Assembly (NCBI RefSeq): GCF_000142905.1
Contig: NW_013657651.1
Coordinates: 248,001 to 311,708, forward strand
DNA length: 63,708 nt
Direction of reading: 5' to 3'
Source: Thecamonas trahens ATCC 50062
Lineage: Eukaryota > Protista > Apusomonadida
Of this stretch, positions 55,765 to 63,708 are shown in pieces (position 1 is the first letter of the stretch; every line of letters starts with the position of its first letter). The notes below the pieces were generated by a model, which was given only the letters and a program-made list of their open reading frames with translations, was not told where the DNA came from and searched no databases. The translations under genes were made by a program, and so were the position numbers.

Positions 55765-58658
55765 ATGAATATGTTACACCTCGCAAGAGTATTTGCTCTG
55801 GTATTGGTCTCGGGCATGGTGGCGATGCCGGCATCGGGCGCTAGTCTGCTCACCTCGACAGCCATCTCGGCCAACCGCAACTGGGTGACCTGCCAGAAGA
55901 ACAGTGATGGCAGCATGCAGGCGAAAGCAGGCAGTTTTCAGCTCAGAAACCAGATTTGCGCATCCAATGGCGAGCTGAGTGCCATTCCCAGCTCGACTAC
56001 GGGATTGGTATGGGTGGACGAGACGTCGAGCATCGTGTTCAGCAAGACGGATATCGATACTCCCTTTGACGTCGGCATCAGCTACTACAACATCGATGCC
56101 TCGCTCAAGGCCATCAGCTTCAACACAAACTACTGGAAGACCGACAACTCGCTGGACACAAACACTCCCTTCGGAGGTACTGCCACTGTGGTCGATGTCT
56201 CGGACGCATCGGGCACATTGTCCGGGCCGGCGGTCCAGGCCATGATCCAGGCGGCTAACGACAACGCCGCCATGGCAAGCGGTCGTCTCATGATCCGCTA
56301 CGAGCAGATCGGGTCAAAGTGCTCGGCAGGCAACTGCAAGCTGGACAGTAATCCTACACCTGTGGTGACCATCAACTACTACGAGGTTTGCCCTACCTTT
56401 GCTCTTGCCAACGGTGTCGTCTCCAACTCGCTCATCACATCCGCGCCCTTTGCGCCTGTTGGCGATGCCCTGTCGCTGGCCTGCAACCCAGGCTTTATGC
56501 TGATCAATGCTGGTGCGGGCAACACTGGTGCGTGCCAAGCTGATGGGACATACGTCAATGCGGCGGCCCAGTGCGTGCCGCCTCCACCGCCGCCGCCATC
56601 ACCATCACCACCGCCGCCGTCGCCGCCCCCACCATCACCACCGCCACCACCGTCGCCTCCTCCTCCTCCTCCACCACCGCCGTCACCACCGCCACCCTCA
56701 CCGCCACCGCCACCACCGTCGCCTCCTCCGCCACCACCGCCGCCTTCACCACCACCGCCGCCTTCACCACCACCGCCGCCATCACCGCCGCCGCCGCCAT
56801 CACCGCCGCCGCCGCTCTCGCCGCCGCCACCACCATCGCCGCCACCACCATCACCACCGCCGCCATCACCCGCCGCCGCCGCCCTCATCACCACCACCAT
56901 CACCACCATCGCCGCCACCACCATCGCCGCCACCACCATCACCTCCACCACCACCACCACCGCCGCCACCAGCCATCACCACCACCACCACCACCACCAT
57001 CACCACCACCACCATCACCACCACCATCACCACCACCATCACCACCACCATCACCACCACCACCATCACCACCACCATCACCACCACCATCACCACCACC
57101 ATCACCACCACCATCACCACCACCATCACCGCCGCCTCTGGATCTTCCGTGTGCGGTAGCCGATGCGGACGACTGCGGCGTGTGCTTTGGCAACGGCACC
57201 TCTTGCCGCGGATGCGACGGTGTCATCGGCTCGCCGGCTGTGGTGGACGAGTGCGGCGTTTGCGACGGAACGAACGAGTGCTTGTCGACCTCGACACCGT
57301 TCTCACCGCCGTCGCTCGCTATCGCCGCTGTTGCTGGCATCGGCGCAGGATGCATCCTTCTCACCGCGCTGCTTGCCGCCATCGTTATCCTCGCCTTGCG
57401 TGCCCGCGGCACCAAAGCCGGCGTTGTGCTTGCGGCACCAGGCGCGGCCGACATCCTTGTCGTCGTGCTCACTCTTCCGCACTCGGACGAGCTTCAGGCC
57501 GACCTGCAGCCCTCGGAGTTCTCCGCCATGCTTGACAGCATGGTCGAGTCATGGGAGCAGACGATTACTGTTTTCGGCGGAACCGCCATCAAGCGCGGCG
57601 GCCGGCTCGACATGATCGCCGCTGCCTCGTTTGGCCGGGACGCGAGCCTCGATGCTCTTATGGCCGCGCTAGCGGTCCACGACGCGCTGCTCAATGTAGA
57701 CTGGTCGGCGGCCGTCCTCGATCATCCTCGCGCAGCTCCAGTCCGTCGGCTAGAGCCGAACTTGTCTGGTCATCGCATCCCGGGCACCATCAAGTACCTG
57801 TGGCGCGGGCCGCGCACTGTTATCAGTATTCTGGCCTGCTCGCCCGTTTCCGAGGATGGAACCGATGAGGTCGGCCCCATCTGCCTCGACAAGGCGGTTG
57901 CCGTCAACAGCGTTGGGCAAACTGGCCATGTCATTGTCACCCGTCTCGCGCTCTCGACTCTTCCTGCTGAGCTCCCGAGCGACATCTGTGTCGATTCTGG
58001 TTCTGAGATACCAGTCATGGCCATCGGCGACGAGGCGCTCCGCGTCACCGCTGTCGGCTCGGTCACCACCGCCCGCAAGCTCATGTCACCGCCCTCGCAA
58101 TCGACGTTGTCAGCCTCATCAGAGCTGGACTCGACCACATCCGCCTCGGCCAGCGAGATTGCAAGCAATCCGGAGGAGATTCCGCGATTTGGTGCGTCTT
58201 CGCAGCTCGACTCGGTCGGCTACTCCTCGGCTACTGACTCGTCGGGTATTGTCTCGGGCTCAAGCCCCGGCTCGACCTGCGATGAGCCGGCTCCGTCGGC
58301 GCGGGTCAACAAGCGGAATGCGCGGCTCCGCGGGATTGCAGGCATTGGCTCGATGGGCAACGTCGCTCCGCGCAAGAGCAGGTTAGACCGAGTCCGCGGT
58401 CTTGGCGGTCGTGGTGCCAATGTGTCGATGCCACTCGGCCACGAGCCTGAGCCCACCTCCTCCCCGCCCCTCGATGTCGCCCACGACGACGGCTCGATTC
58501 TCTTCGGTGATCTCTCTCTCGAGCTAGACGAGGTCGAAGCCGCCAGCAGTGTGGCTCCCATCCCCGCCCTCCCCGTCAGCCCTGCTCGCCGCGCCGAGGC
58601 CCGTCTTCCATCGCAGATCTCGATCGAGCGTCTGCAAGCCGATCTTGGCCACGAGTAG
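55765..58658 (+). CDS. Type I membrane protein: signal peptide, sushi-like domain, SPPP extensin-like stalk, CGVC repeats, TM, degenerate class III nucleotide cyclase domain
   Basis: MNMLHLARVFALVLVSG; CPT...NG...LACNPGFML...CQADGTY...C; (SPPPP)n with two frame breaks near 56870 and 56970; DDCGVC..DECGVC; TM IAAVAGIGAGCILLTALLAAIVILAL; DALMAALAVHDALLNVDW...YLWRGPR. Confidence 0.7.
56578..57136 (+). repeat. Low-complexity (CCA/CCG)n-TCA repeat encoding Ser-Pro3-6
   Basis: Direct reading of the sequence. Confidence 0.9.
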
Positions 58659-58929
58659 AGTCCCATCTCTGCGACCCTTTCGATTCCACAGCAGGCATCC
58701 GTGTCGCGTACAGGCTCCGTGCCTGCATCTGCAGTAAATCCTCTTACAGCTACACGCCTCTCACCCTGATCTCATGGCCGCACACTCGCCACTCGAAGAG
58801 ACCGGCTCACATCGCGACGTCGGCAAGCGCAGCGCCCGCAAGAAAGAGCGCCGGGCTCGCCAGCGGTACAGGGCGACGACGCGCGCTTTGGCTTTACTTC
58901 CGCACACGGAGAGGCGGAGAGAGGCTTGG

Positions 58930-61900
58930 TTAGAACAGAGCGTTGGTGGCCTTGAGCTCGCAGCACTGGTTGAGCGCGTTGGACTTGACGTCGGTGACGT
59001 AGTAGCCGACGCGCTCAAACTGGAGATGCTTCTCGGGCACCTTGAGGTCGTTGAGGACGACGGGCGGCACGTAGCCGACGAGGTCGACACGCGAGTTCTC
59101 GTTGACGTCGGCGCGCCAGTCTGGGGCGGCGGCGACGTTCTCGGACTTGAAGAGCACCCCGTAGTTGCGGACGGCAACCTGGGCCGGCGGTGTGGTGGGC
59201 GACACCCATCCGACCCAGTGGATGGCCTTGGGCTTCTTGGACTTGCCGGTCAGGGTCGACTCGTCAGTGACGATTTCGACGGTGACCGAAGTAACGTTGC
59301 CGGCGGCGTCGACATCGTTGGCGACGGCACGGACGACAGGGCCGTAGCGGAGGCGGACGACCTTGCCCGGAGCAAGGCCAAAGTACTTCTTCGAGTCGTT
59401 GAGGCGGAAGTCGCGGGCCTCGATGTAGATCTTGCCCGCAGCAAACGAGGCCGGGTAGGTCATGGCGGCCTCCGGCGTGCCCTCGGCGGCATTGGGGAAG
59501 CTTGCGGCAGCGACGGTCTGAGCAGCGGGGGCGACGGCGTCGACGTTGGCGATGATGACCTCCAGCGGGTCAAGGACCACCATGCGCCGCTCGGCAATGT
59601 TGCCAAGATCCTCGCGGAGGCAGTGCTCGAGGAGCTCGTAGCGGACCAGGTTCTCGGTCCGGGTCACGCCGACAAGGTCAACAAACTTGTTGATGGCGGC
59701 CGGGGTGTAGCCGCGGCGGCGCAGGCCGGAGAGGGTCGGCATGCGCGGGTCGTCCCAGCCGTCGACAAAGCCGTCCTCGACGAGGGCGCGCAGCTTGCGC
59801 TTGGAGACGACGACGTGGGTGATGTTAAGCCGCGAGTACTCCCACACGACCGGGCGGTAGATGCCGAGAGCCTTGAGGAGCCAGTGGTACGACTCGCGGC
59901 GGAGGCCAAACTCGAGGGTGCAGAGCGAGTGGGTGATGTTCTCGAGTGCGTCGACGATGCAGTGCTCAAAGTCGTAGGACGGGTAGACACACCATGCGTC
60001 GCCAGCCATCGGGTGCTCGTGGAACTTGACGCGGTAGGCGATGAGGTCGCGCATGCACGGGTTGTCGCTCTGCATGTCCATCTTCAGCCGCAGCGTGGCC
60101 TCGCCCTCGCCGATCTTGCCCTTGCGCATGTCGCGGAAGAGCTTGAGCGACTCGGCCGCCGGGCGGTCGCGCCACGGCGAGTTGGTCCGCTTCTGCCGCG
60201 ACTCGACAATTTCGGCCTTGTTCTGGTGGCACACGTATGCGTGGCCGGAGAGAATGAGCTGCTCGGCATACGCGTACATCTGCTCAAAGTAGTCCGATGC
60301 CTTGGTCACCGCCACCGGCTCGTGGCCGAGCCACGCCACGGCCTCGCGGATGGCCTTGTAGTACTCGGGCTTCTCGGCCTCGGGGTTGGTGTCGTCGTAC
60401 CGCAGGTAGCAGATGCCGCCCTTGGCCTTGGCGTAGCCAAAGTTGAGGCCCATCGACTTGGCGTGTCCGATGTGCGGGAAGCCGTTCGGCTCGGGAGGGA
60501 ACCGGGTCACCACCTTGCCGCCCGTCGTCGCCAGATGCTCCGCAAGCAGCTTGGGATCGTCCTGCTCGTTCTCTTCGGGCGCGGAGAACACAATCTTCTC
60601 GGCAGTCGTCTCGGCAACCTCAGCAGCGGCCGACGCGCCGGCCTCGTTACCCTTGCCCTTGCCCTTGCCCTTGCCGCCCTTGCCCTTGCCCTTGCCCTTG
60701 CCGCCCTTGACCGGTGCCGCCGGCGGAGGGCCGTCGTCAAACGCGGTCCGTGGGCCGAGCGTCTCGGCGATCTTGGCGTCAAGGATGTTCTTCACCCGCG
60801 CCCCATCCACAAACGGCAGCGAGCGCGTCGTCTGGCCCAGCAGCTTGCCGGTCTTCATGTGGTACCGCATCCGCTGCAGTTCCTCGGCGTGCGCCTCGAG
60901 CGTCTTGGCCACCGCCGCGCCGATCTGCTCGTCGGTGTACGAGACGCCGACGCCAGACGCCTTTTCAAACGCCGCCACGTCGAGCTCGGCCACCGGCACG
61001 TTCTTGTTCTTCTTCAGCCACTTGGTGGCAGCTGCAAACTGCGGCTTGCGAATCCGCTCATCGGCCACGTATCCGGCCAGGAACGGCAGGTGGATGTCCG
61101 CCACGTGCTTCGGCGCCACCGCCGCCACCTCGTACAGCATGTTGCACGCCGATGGCGTTGCCGGAGTTCCAACCTGGAGGCAGCAATGACGAGAGAGGAA
61201 AGGGAAAGAGAGAGTGTGTGTGAGTGAGTAAGTTTGAGCGGAAGCACCGACGACGACGGCGATGATGCAATGTGGATGGCCATAATCACGACGACGATGA
61301 GCACGAGCACGAGCACGAGCACGACGACCGACAACCGACGGCGACGATGACAAGCACAATGGTGACGGCGACAGCGACGGCGACAAGCATGACGGCAACG
61401 GCGACGGCGACGGCGCCAAGCACGACAGCAAGAAGACCGCAGCGAACGACCAACAACAGCGAGGCCCAACGACGAGCAACGACGAGCCACGATGAGCCAC
61501 GACGAGCCACGACGAGCAACGACGAGCCCCCTTCCCCCCCTTGCCCCTCCCATCAGCGCCACACACACCCTTACTCCCTTTCGTACCATGNNNNNNNNNN
61601 NNNNNNNNNNNNNNNNNNNNNNNNNNNNNNNNNNNNNNNNNNNNNNNNNNNNNNNNNNNNNNNNNNNNNNNNNNNNNNNNNNNNNNNNNNNNNNNNNNNN
61701 NNNNNNNNNNNNNNNNNNNNNNNNNNNNNNNNNNNNNNNNNNNNNNNNNNNNNNNNNNNNNNNNNNNNNNNNNNNNNNNNNNNNTCCCCCCCCTCAGTCC
61801 CATGATAATTGCACCATGGACAATGCATGGCACAGGGCATCCACACTGCCCACCCCCTCCCCTCCCCCCTCCCCCTCCCCTTCCCCCATAGTCATCCACA

Positions 61901-62080
61901 TACCACAGCATGGAGCTCAAGAATGAGCTGGGTAAGCTTGGTGTTGTTGAGAGTGTCAGGATGGCATCCAAGCTCGGTAATGACGGCCTTGGCGTCCATG
62001 TTGGTCTTCTTGGCAACAGAGTCGTATCGGTCGCCTCCTTCCCGTTTGCCCTCTTTGCTCTTTGGCGGCGGTTTTGTCAT
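58930..62080 (-). CDS. QARS1: Glutaminyl-tRNA synthetase
   Basis: Exon 1 ends at 61904 (start ATG 62080 or 61999); intron 61174-61903 spans a gap. Motifs TRFPPEPNG..HIGH, LRYDDTNPE, THSLCTLEF, VVSKRKL, WDDPRMPTL, QFERVGY. Confidence 0.93.
61591..61784. other. Assembly gap (N run) inside the GlnRS intron
   Basis: Run of n bases. Confidence 1.
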
Positions 62081-62207
62081 CGTCGCCGTCACCGGCGCCG
62101 AACCACACACTGCATCGAAGCCGACGAGTCAATAGGTAGGAGAGGGGATTCATCGAAGAGGGGAAGGTTCTAGCTTCTTGGGAGAAGGGTGGCATGCAGG
62201 TTTATTG

Positions 62208-63368
62208 CTAGCTGCTGTCGGACGGCTTGGTCGGCTTGCCCAGCTCCTCGTCAACCCACGAGCGCTTGACCATGCCCTCGGGCGGAGTGCCCTCGACATA
62301 GCCCTTGGAGGCATCGGCCCATTGGGTGGTGAGCACCGTTCCACCCGACTCGACAAACGACTTCTTCATGGCGCGGCGGGTGTCCTCGTCGGCGTTGGCG
62401 TAGATCTCCTGGAAGAGCTTGTTGAGCGGGTCACCTTCCTCGTCCTTCTCCTTGCCCACCTCGTGCTCGAGGGCGTCCCAGTTGATGTGCTTCTTGGACG
62501 ACGACGGGTACGCGTGCTTGTTGACCGTCGACGCGTCGTCAAACGGCCGCAGCGTTGTCGCCTCGCCCTCGAGCTCGCCCCAGTTGAGCGGGTGCTTCTT
62601 CTTCAGCTTGAACTCGATCTTCATCCGGGTATTGACAAACGACGACGCCTCGGGGTCGATGGCGTCAGTCAGATGCCAGGTGTGATCGTAAGCGCTGCCG
62701 TCCTTGAGCGTCGTCTTGACATGCACCTTGCGCTCGGAAAAGTTGACCTCGGTCTCGGCCTTGCTTGTCGCCTTGGCGTAGAGCGAGAGCATGACGTACT
62801 CCTCGCTCTGGTACCAGTCGAACCGAACCGACGACGGCGCTGGCACAAACGGCTGCTCGGCCGGCGGCGCCTGTCCGGCGGCGGCGCCGGCAGCGGTGGT
62901 AGCCACCGCCTCGGACGAGGGCGGCGGCGCCGAGGTTGACCCCGCGCCGGCCGCCGGTGTCGACGTGGCCACAGCCGGCTTGCCGCCCTCGCTGGCCAGC
63001 TCCGCCTTGCACTTGCGGATCCATGTCTTGAACGGCTTGTGGTTCGGCTTGATCTCGGCACCCGCCTGGAAGGCGGCCAGCGCCGAGGCAAACTCGTCGA
63101 GGGCAAACAGCGCCAGGCCCTTGCGCATGTACGCCATGTGCATCGTCGGATCGATGGCCAGCGCATCGTTGGCGTCCTGTAGCGCCTCCATGGCATCATC
63201 CAGCTTGAGCGAGGCCGCCGCCCGCGACGACAGAGCCGCCGCCAGAGCCTCCGACTCGCCTCCATCCCGAGCGGCATCAATACCTTCCGAGTACATGGCC
63301 ACCGCCGTCTCGTAGTCCTCCTCCACCATGGCCGCGTGCCCTGCGTTCACCTTGTCTGTCCACGACAT
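62208..63368 (-). CDS. SGT1: SGT1 co-chaperone (TPR-CS-SGS)
   Basis: N-terminal TPRs; CS domain VRFDWYQSE...KIEFKLKK; SGS domain AYPSSSKK..NWD and LNKLFQEIYANADEDTRRAMKKSFVESGGTVL. Confidence 0.93.
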   Translation of the reverse strand: MSWTDKVNAGHAAMVEEDYETAVAMYSEGIDAARDGGESEALAAALSSRAAASLKLDDAMEALQDANDALAIDPTMHMAYMRKGLALFALDEFASALAAFQAGAEIKPNHKPFKTWIRKCKAELASEGGKPAVATSTPAAGAGSTSAPPPSSEAVATTAAGAAAGQAPPAEQPFVPAPSSVRFDWYQSEEYVMLSLYAKATSKAETEVNFSERKVHVKTTLKDGSAYDHTWHLTDAIDPEASSFVNTRMKIEFKLKKKHPLNWGELEGEATTLRPFDDASTVNKHAYPSSSKKHINWDALEHEVGKEKDEEGDPLNKLFQEIYANADEDTRRAMKKSFVESGGTVLTTQWADASKGYVEGTPPEGMVKRSWVDEELGKPTKPSDSS

Positions 63369-63395
63369 GCTTGTCCTTCCCGCGTCTGCCGGTAA

Positions 63396-63455
63396 CGGTA
63401 TGGGTACGGGTGCGGGTGCGGGTGCGGGTATGGGTATGGGTATGGGTATGGGTGG
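63396..63455. repeat. Hexamer repeat (GGGTAT/GGGTGC)n upstream of SGT1
   Basis: Direct reading of the sequence. Confidence 0.7.
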
Positions 63456-63708
63456 GAGTGGGCCTGGCTACTTGCGCGTGAGACCGGTGTGCTGCAGCCT
63501 GTCCAGGTCTCGCTTGCCTGTCTCTCGCCCCACCTTCGTGAAGGTCGGCGAAAGTGAGCCGTCCGGTCGCTGGTGCCCCCCCTCACTTTTGCCACTGCCC
63601 AGGTACGCACCACAGGGGGATCAACGAGATCTGGCTAAACAGCGACCTGGAAGGCGGCGGGGGGGGGGGGGGGGGGGGTGGGGGGGGGGGAGTGATGTTA
63701 GTCTTCTC

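Noticed and set aside
56973-57130. Poly-histidine or poly-threonine protein segment in the ORF track
   Set aside because: Out-of-frame readings of the Ser-Pro repeat after frame breaks in low-complexity DNA.
58774-61227. 817-aa plus-strand ORF
   Set aside because: Antisense shadow of GlnRS caused by high GC3 codon bias; no motifs.

Overview
GC-rich, gene-dense, intron-poor eukaryotic draft sequence with three N-gaps. The gene set and style suggest a heterotrophic protist, possibly an apusomonad, but that is a guess. Housekeeping genes (RPT3, YIF1, TMEM243, MYG1, GPI8, LETM1, UTP6, GlnRS, SGT1, PhoD, a 5'-nucleotidase, a nucleotide-sugar transporter) are interleaved with large surface or receptor genes. 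Eight of the apparent frame breaks are same-direction -1 shifts, probably base under-calls. The standout is a ~2,767-aa intron-containing megasynthase (44800-53329, minus strand) with no KS, AT, C or TE domain. Its order is: tandem acetolactate-synthase-like ThDP pseudo-dimer, acyl-adenylation domain, B-type PKS ketoreductase, three near-identical ACPs, and an LpxA-like acyltransferase. Other notable items: a piggyBac-like non-autonomous element carrying a possible Fanzor/TnpB-like fragment, a bacterial-type beta-barrel ORF, a probable secreted kinase lacking a Gly-rich loop, an ankyrin-WASP-type Arp2/3 activator, a channel-less polycystin-1-like protein with EF-hands, and an extensin-like receptor with a degenerate cyclase domain. 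All family assignments come from motif recognition by eye; no database searches were run.
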